This document shows positions 16,730 to 25,173 of a stretch of 59,923 nt of DNA, one piece after another. Origin of the DNA: a virus (Duplodnaviria > Caudoviricetes); the IMG/VR virus record IMGVR_UViG_3300020471_000096, positions 1-59,923 of that record; one strand, given 5' to 3'. The translations under genes were made by a program, and so were the position numbers. The first letter of the stretch is position 1. The number at the start of each line of letters is the position of its first letter. The notes under the pieces are model-generated. The model was not told where the DNA came from. It did no database searches and saw nothing but the letters and a program-made list of their open reading frames with translations.

Positions 16730-17950
16730 ATGCAGAATTTAAAACTAGAAGATAAGTTCTCAAAGATTAGGATACAGCTACTATGGGATCGTGACGATAA
16801 AGGTCATGCTTTTTATGGTGCTGTCTTAGTCAAGATGAAGATTATCGAAAAGAACAGCATCCCAACATTTGCAACTGATGGGCGAGACATATTCTATAAC
16901 AAAGAATTTGCTGAGAGTTTAGATTTCGAGCCACTCAAAGGTGTAGTTGTTCATGAGGTTGGTCATAGATTTCTTATGCACCATACAAGACAGCAAGAAC
17001 GTGATGCTGAGATTTGGAACATAGCATGTGATTTATCAATGAACCAAGTTCTTAAAAGATCCGGTTTTGTTTTACCAAAAGGTGCTTTGTTTGATCCACA
17101 GTTTGATGGATGGATGGCTGAAAAGATTTATAACTTTATCTATCCACAGATCAAAGCTAAACAGCAACAGCAACAGCAACAAGGTCAAGATGGTCAAGGC
17201 GATCAAGGGGATCAATCAGATAATGGCGATCCAACTTGGTTACAGCCACAATCATGGGGCAACATCGAAGACAATGTTACTGAGGGCATGTCTCAAGCTG
17301 AGATCAGCGAAGAAGAGGCTGATGTTAAAGAGGAGATATTCCAAGCTGTCAGACAAGCTAAAGAACGTGGAACATTACCGGCAGAGGTCAAGCAAATGGT
17401 CAAGGTTATGAAACGTGCTGAGATCAATTGGGAAGACGTTGTTGAAAGGCATCTTGAGGGCGATGTTCCTCATAATTATAGCTATCGCAGAATACATAAA
17501 AAGTTCTACTACACTCATGAGATGATTGCTCCAACACTTGAGCATATTGGTGTTGGTCATATTGTTGTGGCTGTGGATAGTTCCGGCTCTGTATCAAATA
17601 AAGAGTTGCAGTATTTTCTTGGTGGTCTCAATGCTATGGCATTAGATCTTAAACCAAAATCTATAACTGTAATTACATGCGACAGCAAAATACAAAATGT
17701 TATCAAGTATGATCAAGGCGATGAAATAAAAATGATATCTGCTGATGGTCGTGGTGGTACATGTGTTATGCCGGTGTTCAACTACATTAAAGAAAATGAT
17801 CTTGAGGTAGACAGCTTTATTTATTTTACTGACATGGGCATATATGATTTTCCTACAGAGGAACAGCCATATCCGGTTCTGTGGGTAAGCACAGACCTAC
17901 GTGCTGATAATGCACCTATTGGTCAAACAACCTATCTGAAAGTGGCTTAA
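16730..17950 (+). CDS. HExxH metallopeptidase-like + VWA domain protein (DUF2201-type), partner of the AAA ATPase
   Basis: TFATDG, HEVGH, WNIACD, Q-rich linker, MIDAS VDSSGS, GRGGT, YFTD; GGAG RBS before ATG 16730. Confidence 0.88.
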   Translation: MQNLKLEDKFSKIRIQLLWDRDDKGHAFYGAVLVKMKIIEKNSIPTFATDGRDIFYNKEFAESLDFEPLKGVVVHEVGHRFLMHHTRQQERDAEIWNIACDLSMNQVLKRSGFVLPKGALFDPQFDGWMAEKIYNFIYPQIKAKQQQQQQQGQDGQGDQGDQSDNGDPTWLQPQSWGNIEDNVTEGMSQAEISEEEADVKEEIFQAVRQAKERGTLPAEVKQMVKVMKRAEINWEDVVERHLEGDVPHNYSYRRIHKKFYYTHEMIAPTLEHIGVGHIVVAVDSSGSVSNKELQYFLGGLNAMALDLKPKSITVITCDSKIQNVIKYDQGDEIKMISADGRGGTCVMPVFNYIKENDLEVDSFIYFTDMGIYDFPTEEQPYPVLWVSTDLRADNAPIGQTTYLKVA

Positions 17951-17976
17951 TGCTACTTTTAGATAAAAACAAGGCT

Positions 17977-18029
17977 CTAGGAACGTCACACAGAGGCGAA
18001 ACGATATGTCTGTGTGTGATTGTACCTAG
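17977..18029 (+). other. Hairpin upstream of hammerhead 3
   Basis: CTAGG/CCTAG outer stem and CACACAGA/TCTGTGTG inner stem. Confidence 0.6.
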
Positions 18030-18042
18030 GGATTTTAACGAT

Positions 18043-18095
18043 GCTGATATAGGAATGTGTGTTCCTACTGATGATTGCGAAAGCATGAAATCAGC
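18043..18095 (+). ncRNA. Type III hammerhead ribozyme HH3 (cleavage after AUA, A18049)
   Basis: Stem III GCTGAT/ATCAGC; stem I TAGGAA-TGTGTG-TTCCTA; CTGATGA; T-TGC-GAAA-GCA-T; GAAA. Confidence 0.9.
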
Positions 18096-18123
18096 CAACT
18101 ACTATCATTATATGGAGTATTTT

Positions 18124-19116
18124 ATGATACATAATTTTGGAAAAAAACAAGATCCTAAATCTCAAGAGTTTAAGGATCAAATAGTCTTAAAGCATTATCT
18201 CAACTTTTTAAACGAGGGATACAAAGCATTTGGATTAAACGAAAACCAAAAAGCTAGTCTAGTAAAAGCCGGATCTAATTATTCATATCATGCAGACGAT
18301 TTATCTGCTGAAGAAAAAGATTTTGTTTTTATGTTTACCAAGCACAAAGATCATTTTGGCAATCATGGTTTAGACAGCATTTACAATTGTAGTGCTTGGA
18401 TCAAGCAACACAGAAAGGCTCGTAAAGATAAGTCTGCCATTTACAGCAATAAGATTGATGGCAAAAAAGTATTTCGTAAAGAACGTAATTACGAGCATGG
18501 TTTCTTCAATGGTCAAGCTGTTAACAGCAAGTATGCTGTACTCACTAATGCCTTTGCTAAAAAATGGTGGGATGACAATATGGCTAGAACCAATGTCAAG
18601 ATTAGTGCTGATGCATTAAGAGCAGAAACAGCTATTAAACCATCTACTGTAGGAAGAGCAGATAATTGGCAGTACTACGAGCATTTCAATGAGGTTTCTT
18701 TGTCTCCATCATGGTTTAAAAATGTCTACATGAAAGGTTTGGCAACAACAGTATACAAAAGCAAAACAGCATTTGTTGCTAGTGCCAAGCCTCTCAAAGT
18801 TTCTGACAGAATTACAGCTAATGGTCTTGAGGCTTATACTGTTGATATCATTACAAGCCACGATGGTATTATCAGCATGGAGAAAGATCTGTATTATTTG
18901 GTTTACCAAACAAAGGCTTGGACAATTGAAGAAACACAGCAAGGCATGGGCAATATACCTTTTAGGGGCAACGACAGAGAAACTGCTCAAACTTACAATA
19001 ATCGTAGGTATAACATAGCTGAGACTATAAACTGTGCATCCTCAAACTTTAGAAGAGCAGAGAATGTCATGAGTGGCAGAGTTCAGCGAAACATACTTAA
19101 TGCAATGGGAGTGTAA
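18124..19116 (+). CDS. Early hypothetical protein (true start MIHNF, not 17950)
   Basis: Leader TATGGAGTATTTTATG matches the other ribozyme-linked leaders. Confidence 0.8.
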   Translation: MIHNFGKKQDPKSQEFKDQIVLKHYLNFLNEGYKAFGLNENQKASLVKAGSNYSYHADDLSAEEKDFVFMFTKHKDHFGNHGLDSIYNCSAWIKQHRKARKDKSAIYSNKIDGKKVFRKERNYEHGFFNGQAVNSKYAVLTNAFAKKWWDDNMARTNVKISADALRAETAIKPSTVGRADNWQYYEHFNEVSLSPSWFKNVYMKGLATTVYKSKTAFVASAKPLKVSDRITANGLEAYTVDIITSHDGIISMEKDLYYLVYQTKAWTIEETQQGMGNIPFRGNDRETAQTYNNRRYNIAETINCASSNFRRAENVMSGRVQRNILNAMGV

Positions 19117-19117
19117 A

Positions 19118-19573
19118 ATGCAAAAAATAAAATTACAAAAGCATCATAAGGATTTGGCTCATGATTTAATTTATGAGGGGATGTCAGACTATGAAAGGAT
19201 GACATGCCCTTATGTTTATCATTCCGGATTTCTGCAAAGAGAATTAGGCAGAAATTATGATGCTGTCAGAACTAAGTTTATGTCCAAAAAAGACAAAGCT
19301 AGAAAACTAAGTAACATCAGAAAGTATAGGTTTTTGCACTTGCAGTATAAAGATCCATTACTAGAGGAGTTACAATCAGCTAATATTCTACTTAATGTAA
19401 AGCAACATCTTAAAGATGAAATTAATTCATATGAAGAGATGCAAGATAGAATTGATGGTGGAGAGCATTGGGAAAATGTTTGCGATCAACCGGAGATTTT
19501 TTCCGGTAGAAATGAACTTGCTGAGAGTTTACTTGATAATATTAATAAATGGGAGAAATCTGATGAGGAATAA
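19118..19573 (+). CDS. Hypothetical protein
   Basis: GGAG RBS before ATG 19118. Confidence 0.7.
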   Translation: MQKIKLQKHHKDLAHDLIYEGMSDYERMTCPYVYHSGFLQRELGRNYDAVRTKFMSKKDKARKLSNIRKYRFLHLQYKDPLLEELQSANILLNVKQHLKDEINSYEEMQDRIDGGEHWENVCDQPEIFSGRNELAESLLDNINKWEKSDEE

Positions 19574-19763
19574 TCCGGATGATTTATCTAATCAGCTTAT
19601 AGCTGTGATTAAAAAAGAAATATCTTCAGAGATAAAAACTTATAAATCACACAGCCATGAAGACGATGTTGATAGTCGAGAATTAGGTATTCTTGATGGT
19701 CGATATGAAATGGCTGTGGAATTAAAAAATGTAATAAAAAAATGGGAGAAAGATAATGGATAA
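19563..19763 (+). CDS. Small protein paralogous to the C-terminus of the preceding ORF
   Basis: GGAG RBS; shared GRxExAxxLxxxIxKWEK motif. Confidence 0.7.
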   Translation: MRNNPDDLSNQLIAVIKKEISSEIKTYKSHSHEDDVDSRELGILDGRYEMAVELKNVIKKWEKDNG

Positions 19764-19947
19764 ATTAGATAGAATATTCTTATTTCTCTTAGGCATTTGT
19801 GTTATGCTTATGTCATTAGTTACTTTGTCTGATCCTAATGGATATTATATGCAGAGTGTAGAGGGCATACTGTTTACATTGTTTATAGGATCAATTGGTT
19901 TAACCATGATACTTGTAAGTTTTTACAGTATCTATTTTAAAGAATAG
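19756..19947 (+). CDS. Small two-TM membrane protein
   Basis: Two hydrophobic segments; GGAG RBS. Confidence 0.75.
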   Translation: MDKLDRIFLFLLGICVMLMSLVTLSDPNGYYMQSVEGILFTLFIGSIGLTMILVSFYSIYFKE

Positions 19948-20240
19948 GGGGAGAGACCACTCCATAATGTGGGCAAAAGTGGATGCCTTTGGTTTATGCA
20001 TTAACCATACGTCAATGCTGTACATCCCTAGATACGTGTACCCTCAAATGTTTTTATTGCACTTGTATTGTGGGCAAAACTGAGGTCTCTTTAAAAATGG
20101 TTCAGTTAATGTACGGAAAGCCACAAAATATGTGCTATGTTCACGATAAAACCTCCATTCGTTATCCAGCGAGGTTTAAGCACATAAAAAAAGGCTCTCA
20201 GAGCCTCGTACAGAGGGGTTGGCAGACCTCTCTGTACGAA
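19947..20240 (+). ncRNA. Candidate structured non-coding region
   Basis: At least six stems, TGTGGGCAAAA twice, and AGAGACC/GGTCTCT complementarity. Confidence 0.4.
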
Positions 20241-20302
20241 ACCTACCAAATCAACCTAGATGCTCTGTACGAAGAGTATTCGCTTATTAAGGGGAAATTC
20301 AC

Positions 20303-20554
20303 ATGACAACAACATACAGCAAACTAAAAGGTAGATCTAAAGGCTACCGGTATCGTAATTCTATTGTAGATCTGCAACGTGAACTCTATCAACGTAATTC
20401 CAAAATGACACCAAAAGAATTAGGAATGGATGAAAGATTTGAAGATGATCCTAGAGCCATTCGTGAAATTGATGTTGGAAGAGTAATTAGAAAACCAACT
20501 GAGGTTATTAAAGGGGCAGTTAATTCTATTTATAATAGTAATAATGGCGAATAA
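20303..20554 (+). CDS. Hypothetical protein
   Basis: AAGGGG RBS; ERFEDDPRA motif. Confidence 0.7.
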   Translation: MTTTYSKLKGRSKGYRYRNSIVDLQRELYQRNSKMTPKELGMDERFEDDPRAIREIDVGRVIRKPTEVIKGAVNSIYNSNNGE

Positions 20555-20588
20555 ATTACTCTTACATTACCCCCTACAGTAGCAGACT

Positions 20589-20608
20589 AAAACTTTACGT
20601 AAAGTTTT
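20589..20608. repeat. Dispersed TTACGTAA palindrome, copy 4 (perfect 20-mer)
   Basis: AAAACTTTACGTAAAGTTTT. Confidence 0.9.
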
Positions 20609-20611
20609 CAC

Positions 20612-20647
20612 AAAAAAAGAGCCAATCGAGGAGATGATTGGCTCTTT
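20612..20647. terminator. Bidirectional terminator between convergent operons
   Basis: A7-GAGCCAATC...GATTGGCTC-TTT. Confidence 0.7.
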
Positions 20648-20715
20648 GTGTGTAGCATAATAGTATATGAGAAATAATACTCACACTTAATTAATAAGTG
20701 CCACCAAAGCATTAG

Positions 20716-21225
20716 TCAACTATTTCCCCAAAATTTATAAAACTTTTCCACGTGATTGCATATAAAATCAAAGTTCCCATCCACAGCAATCCATTCATTT
20801 TCCCATTTCGTGATTTCTTCATCGTGTATAATTTTTTTAAAAATTTTATATGCTGTTTTGTTTCCAGTTTTTTTTACGTAAGAGAAACAATCCATAACTT
20901 TTCTTTTTATCATCATATGTTTCTCGCTCAATCCCTCGTGTGTAGCCTCGATCCTAGGATTGTAATTTGATGCCCTAACTCCAACAAATCCGGATTTGCA
21001 ATAATCAGAATAAAGTCTATCCATTATTCTATAATTTGCTAATGATATACTATCATGCATGAGTAGCCGGTCTAAACATGTCTGATCTAATATCTTTATC
21101 CTAGCCTTATTAGTATTTCCTACAAACTCTGCTTTTGCAGTATGTTGTCCATCATATACTCTAAACTCATCGTAATTTTTTTTACTTTTTTTAGAAATCG
21201 ATGTCTTTGTATTCTTTTGGCTCAT
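20716..21225 (-). CDS. Hypothetical protein
   Basis: 169-aa ORF overlapping the helicase 3' end. Confidence 0.7.
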   Translation of the reverse strand: MSQKNTKTSISKKSKKNYDEFRVYDGQHTAKAEFVGNTNKARIKILDQTCLDRLLMHDSISLANYRIMDRLYSDYCKSGFVGVRASNYNPRIEATHEGLSEKHMMIKRKVMDCFSYVKKTGNKTAYKIFKKIIHDEEITKWENEWIAVDGNFDFICNHVEKFYKFWGNS

Positions 21226-23014
21226 AATAATTATTGTATTGCTTGTCTTTTGGTTTTGGTTTCAACATCTTAGCAACGTCTGATATTGCATCATATCTAG
21301 ATGTAAGTTTATCATATTCTAATTCACATTCTCCAATAGCACCAACCCAAGAAAATCTACATTTCCAAACAAGTATTTCTGTAACATTGCTTTCAGATGG
21401 ATTTGTTCTATGCACAGTTAATCCAACATCTGATTTACTAAAGAAACTTGCAGAACCGGCAATGTCGTAACCTTTTGGTGGTGGCACAGTTCCATCTTCT
21501 CTTCTAACCATCTTTGTTGGATGAGCGACAAACCATATGTGGATACCATGTGCTTGTGCAAATACTCTAAGTTTTGTTAGCATATCAGATATCCAATCAG
21601 TTTCAGACGTAGTGATATCTTTTGCTATATAATTGTATGGATCTATAACACAGCCTCTAATACCAAATCTTAGAACAGCAGTTTTAAGTCTTTCTAGTAT
21701 GCTGTCTAACGTGGATAGCGAACCATCTGCTTGATAGAGAAAACAAAAATTATCTGACACAAACTTTTTGCCATTCTGTAATTCTTGTGTAGTCATTCTA
21801 GGTGTCATCCCACTAAAAAAAGGTTTTCCAATATACTTGCTGATTAACTTAGCAATATGTATTCTTGGCTCGTTTTCAAAAGAACAAATACCAAATTTCC
21901 AACCTTTTTGTTTAGATATGTTTATCATTATTTGATCTACAAACTCTGATTTACCGGAGGATGGATGACCGGTAACAACTGTAAGCTGACCCTCTACTAC
22001 TGTGTATAGATTATCAACGTCTTTATATCCGGTGCTTGTTCCACTACCAACACCATTTTCAAATATCTCATCTACTTGATCATAAAAATGTTCTGCATCG
22101 TATAAACCTGAAACCGGATATGGGATAGAGTTTTTTACAATATCTTTTAATTTATCTATGCCATGTTTTGTTAATATCTCGTTTGCATCTTTACAATCTT
22201 TTGGATAAACAATTTTAAAACATTTATCTTTACCAACTCTTCTAGCTATTTCTTCTTCCATAGCTTGTCCAGCTTGATCGTTGTCCATAGCTATTATTAT
22301 TTTTTTACAAGTGTCTAGCTTTTCTTTTGAGTTCCAAATAAATTTAAATTTATTATCGTCACGAGGATCTATTTTACCATCAACAACTTTCATGACAGCA
22401 CCATGTGGTATTGAGATGCTGTTTGTGTAGCCTACTTCCATAAAAGATAGGCAATCCATCTCTCCCTCACAAATTATTATGTCTTCATCTTTATTTATGT
22501 TTTCTACGTTATAAAATTTATCTGCTTTACCAAAGCTAGAAAAACCTTTGTCCGGAAAAGATCTTACTTTGGCAAACTGATACCCACCATTGTTGTTTTG
22601 ATATGGGAAAACCAAACAAGAAACTTCTTTTTTTATTGATCCAATATATTGTTTCGTAAATTTTAAACCGGCTTTTTCTGCTGTTTCTTTGGATATACCT
22701 CTGCTGTTTAAGTATTCTAAGCAATCATTATTTTCTTCAATGCCAATCCATTTATCAGCTACATTCTTATTGATGCTTACAACCTTTTCTTCTTCCACAG
22801 ATTTTCTCCTCGCCATATTGTCATCATTGAATTTTATGCCACCATCTTCCCCACAATGCCAACAGTAATACATAATCACATCATCGTGTACTTTTAACGA
22901 TAATGTTTTTTGCTCTCTCTTTTTTCTTGTATGGGAACAGAATGGGCATATTGCCTTGTGTTGCCCATCTCCTAATTTGTAGGCAACACTTCTTAGTGAG
23001 TGTTTTATCTCCAT
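21191..23014 (-). CDS. T7 gp4/Twinkle-type primase-helicase
   Basis: Zn ribbon CPFC...CWHC, TOPRIM EGEMD/DND/KDANE, SF4 Walker A GHPSSGKS, IDPYN, VAHPTK; AGGAG RBS before MEIKH. Confidence 0.93.
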   Translation of the reverse strand: MEIKHSLRSVAYKLGDGQHKAICPFCSHTRKKREQKTLSLKVHDDVIMYYCWHCGEDGGIKFNDDNMARRKSVEEEKVVSINKNVADKWIGIEENNDCLEYLNSRGISKETAEKAGLKFTKQYIGSIKKEVSCLVFPYQNNNGGYQFAKVRSFPDKGFSSFGKADKFYNVENINKDEDIIICEGEMDCLSFMEVGYTNSISIPHGAVMKVVDGKIDPRDDNKFKFIWNSKEKLDTCKKIIIAMDNDQAGQAMEEEIARRVGKDKCFKIVYPKDCKDANEILTKHGIDKLKDIVKNSIPYPVSGLYDAEHFYDQVDEIFENGVGSGTSTGYKDVDNLYTVVEGQLTVVTGHPSSGKSEFVDQIMINISKQKGWKFGICSFENEPRIHIAKLISKYIGKPFFSGMTPRMTTQELQNGKKFVSDNFCFLYQADGSLSTLDSILERLKTAVLRFGIRGCVIDPYNYIAKDITTSETDWISDMLTKLRVFAQAHGIHIWFVAHPTKMVRREDGTVPPPKGYDIAGSASFFSKSDVGLTVHRTNPSESNVTEILVWKCRFSWVGAIGECELEYDKLTSRYDAISDVAKMLKPKPKDKQYNNYYEPKEYKDIDF

Positions 23015-23085
23015 ATTAATCTCCTTGCTACACAATTCATAATTATTTTAAAACAAAGAAATCGTCAACAAAAAAATTTCTAGTA

Positions 23086-23153
23086 TAATATTTATAAATA
23101 TTCTAAAGAAGTTTATATATATTATTTATATATATATTAATATTTATAAATAT
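23086..23153. repeat. AT-rich element with two AATATTTATAAATATT palindromes
   Basis: Palindromes at 23087-23102 and about 23139-23154; 23086-23116 is an inverted copy of 11590-11620. Confidence 0.75.
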
Positions 23154-23479
23154 TACATACTGCATGTTTTGTTTTGAATTACCTTTCTAAGTTTCTCCCC
23201 TAAATATCTAGCCACTACCGGCTTACTAGTTAATATTTCTTTTATTAATTTTTCCATCCTATCAGAATTTAAAGAACTTAAATCACATACCATAATAAAA
23301 TCATCTGATACAATCCATTGACCTACAGCAAGTTTTTGTCTTTTGTTTCCAAGATATGAATCAGAAATCGCTTGGCAAATCACATGTTTCCAAAGTCGAG
23401 ATTCTGATGTGAGTTCGTGGTGCGTTTCTGTCCAACCCCCAATAAACGATTTTTTGTTTGACTTGTCTGTCATTAACAT
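23153..23479 (-). CDS. Hypothetical protein
   Basis: LWKHVICQAISD motif; start uncertain because it overlaps rusA. Confidence 0.6.
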   Translation of the reverse strand: MLMTDKSNKKSFIGGWTETHHELTSESRLWKHVICQAISDSYLGNKRQKLAVGQWIVSDDFIMVCDLSSLNSDRMEKLIKEILTSKPVVARYLGEKLRKVIQNKTCSM

Positions 23480-23753
23480 AAATTTTTCCTTGCATACAAT
23501 CTAGAACAACACTTTCGTCTAGATCCGGTCTTCTTGATGCATAGTATATAATTAACTCTACTTTCACATTTGTTTCAATAAGATTTTCTAATTGAGGGCA
23601 TTGCTTTGCAAAATTCTTTTCATAATCTCTAGCTTTTTGAGATTTTATAAGTGCCATTCTTTTACCAAAATGCACTATTTTTCTTGAGTTTCCTTTGGAT
23701 GCCGGTTCTCCATAAACTATAAAATTAAAACTTTTATTTATTTGTATTGACAT
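23361..23753 (-). CDS. rusA: RusA-family Holliday junction resolvase
   Basis: GEPASKGN, RRPDLD, LD, NDRQV motifs. Confidence 0.85.
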   Translation of the reverse strand: MSIQINKSFNFIVYGEPASKGNSRKIVHFGKRMALIKSQKARDYEKNFAKQCPQLENLIETNVKVELIIYYASRRPDLDESVVLDCMQGKIYVNDRQVKQKIVYWGLDRNAPRTHIRISTLETCDLPSDF

Positions 23754-23774
23754 TATTTTACCTATATATATATT
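23747..23774 (+). promoter_or_regulatory. Sigma70-like promoter of the recombination operon
   Basis: TTGACA-16-TATATT upstream of the AGGAG RBS of 23800. Confidence 0.55.
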
Positions 23775-23799
23775 TATTGTAGCATAATAGGAGAAAAAT

Positions 23800-24705
23800 A
23801 TGAAAATTACCAATAAGTTTGGTATGCCACAACCTTTCGTAGACTTTGCCATAAACGACAAATACAGTAAAGGTAAAGCTGACATATCAGTAACGTCATT
23901 AATCGATAGTCCAAGAGTTAGAATAATGAAAGATGTCTACAAAGAAGACATCGAAATAGATGCTGTTGACATGGTTTGGGCATTATTTGGAACTGCTGTA
24001 CATTCAGTTTTAGAACAATCAAATCCATCAAAAGATATAATTACAGAGGAGAGATTATATTCTAAATTAAATGGTTGGATTATATCCGGTGCTTTGGATA
24101 GGCAAGAAATAGTAGATGGAATTTCAACGATAATTGATTATAAGGTTACATCTGTTTGGTCAGTTATTTATGGAAAGGTAGAGTGGGAAAGACAGCTTAA
24201 TTGTTATGCTTGGCTGTGCAGAGACAAACACAAATTTACTCAGCATAAAGTTGGTGCTTTAAAAATATGTGCAATCCTCAGAGATTGGAACAGAAGAGAT
24301 GCTGAGAAAAAAGAGAACTACCCTCAAGCACCAATAGTATTTGTTGATATACCTATGTGGGATGATGAGGTGGCACACAAATACGTATCAGATAGATTAT
24401 CATTACATCAAGAGGCTCAAGTTAATTATGACTTGAATGAAGAACTTCCATTCTGTTCTGACGAAGAAACATGGAAGAAAAACGATACTTGGGCAGTAAA
24501 GAAAAAGGGTCAGAAAAGAGCATTGAGAGTTTTAGATAGTGAGGAAGAGGCTAATCAATATATGGGTTGGCACAATGAAACTGACAAAGCATATACAAAG
24601 AAAACAGATTTAGAATTAGAGTTTCGTAGTGGCGAGTACACACGTTGTGGCAACTATTGTTCAGTTGCTGATTTTTGTAATCAATATAAGGAGAGAATAA
24701 AATGA
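23800..24705 (+). CDS. PD-(D/E)XK (RecB/Cas4-like) exonuclease
   Basis: GTAVHSVLE, SGALD, IDYK, QLNCYAWL and C-terminal RCGNYC...FC. Confidence 0.85.
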   Translation: MKITNKFGMPQPFVDFAINDKYSKGKADISVTSLIDSPRVRIMKDVYKEDIEIDAVDMVWALFGTAVHSVLEQSNPSKDIITEERLYSKLNGWIISGALDRQEIVDGISTIIDYKVTSVWSVIYGKVEWERQLNCYAWLCRDKHKFTQHKVGALKICAILRDWNRRDAEKKENYPQAPIVFVDIPMWDDEVAHKYVSDRLSLHQEAQVNYDLNEELPFCSDEETWKKNDTWAVKKKGQKRALRVLDSEEEANQYMGWHNETDKAYTKKTDLELEFRSGEYTRCGNYCSVADFCNQYKERIK

Positions 24706-24932
24706 AAGAACAAAAAACAAAAAAAGTGGTTAGAAAAGTTAAGAAGAGTGGCTTTGTTAAATTAAAGCCAAAGATATCCGGAATGAGAGAAAAGGATAAA
24801 TCTTTAATTGCTGATCACATAGAAGAGGCTACTAACAAAGGAAAGCCTATTAAAAAGTTTTTCTTAATTAGATGGTTTAATTACGTGGGCAAGAAATACA
24901 ACGAGTTCGTTGACAGAATGTTTGGTATGTAA
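24702..24932 (+). CDS. Basic hypothetical protein
   Basis: ATGA-type coupling within the operon. Confidence 0.6.
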   Translation: MKEQKTKKVVRKVKKSGFVKLKPKISGMREKDKSLIADHIEEATNKGKPIKKFFLIRWFNYVGKKYNEFVDRMFGM

Positions 24933-24933
24933 G

Positions 24934-25170
24934 ATGAGCGATAGAATTGATTTATGTTACTTACCAACAAGAGGATTGTGCAGAATAAACGAGGTTTTAG
25001 ATGAAAGTTTTTTTCCACAGAACAAGGGCGATATCATTACACAAGAATTGATAACCTATGAAAGAGTGGATACCGGAATAAAGAAAACTACATTCCAAAG
25101 AAATTTTCTCAAGACCTCGCATTATGACAGCACAAGGACAGAAATATTTTCTACAGAGGAGAAAGGTTAG
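24934..25170 (+). CDS. Hypothetical protein
   Basis: Fills the operon gap; start MSDRID. Confidence 0.6.
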   Translation: MSDRIDLCYLPTRGLCRINEVLDESFFPQNKGDIITQELITYERVDTGIKKTTFQRNFLKTSHYDSTRTEIFSTEEKG

Positions 25171-25173
25171 TAG

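Noticed and set aside
17950-18123. N-terminal 58 codons of the 388-aa ORF
   Set aside because: Region is a hairpin plus hammerhead 3; the real RBS/start is at 18124.
19560-19582. CTGATGAGGAATAATCC as a hammerhead
   Set aside because: Followed by GGA rather than GAAA, has no stem I, and lies in coding overlap.
19983-20306. 107-aa ORF as a real gene
   Set aside because: No clear RBS, atypical composition, overlaps dense hairpins; left unresolved and not annotated as CDS.
22536-22724. Alternative-frame ORF inside the primase (also 17067-17411, 18392-18619, 59047-59253)
   Set aside because: No convincing RBS and no distortion of host-frame composition, unlike the three nested ORFs reported.
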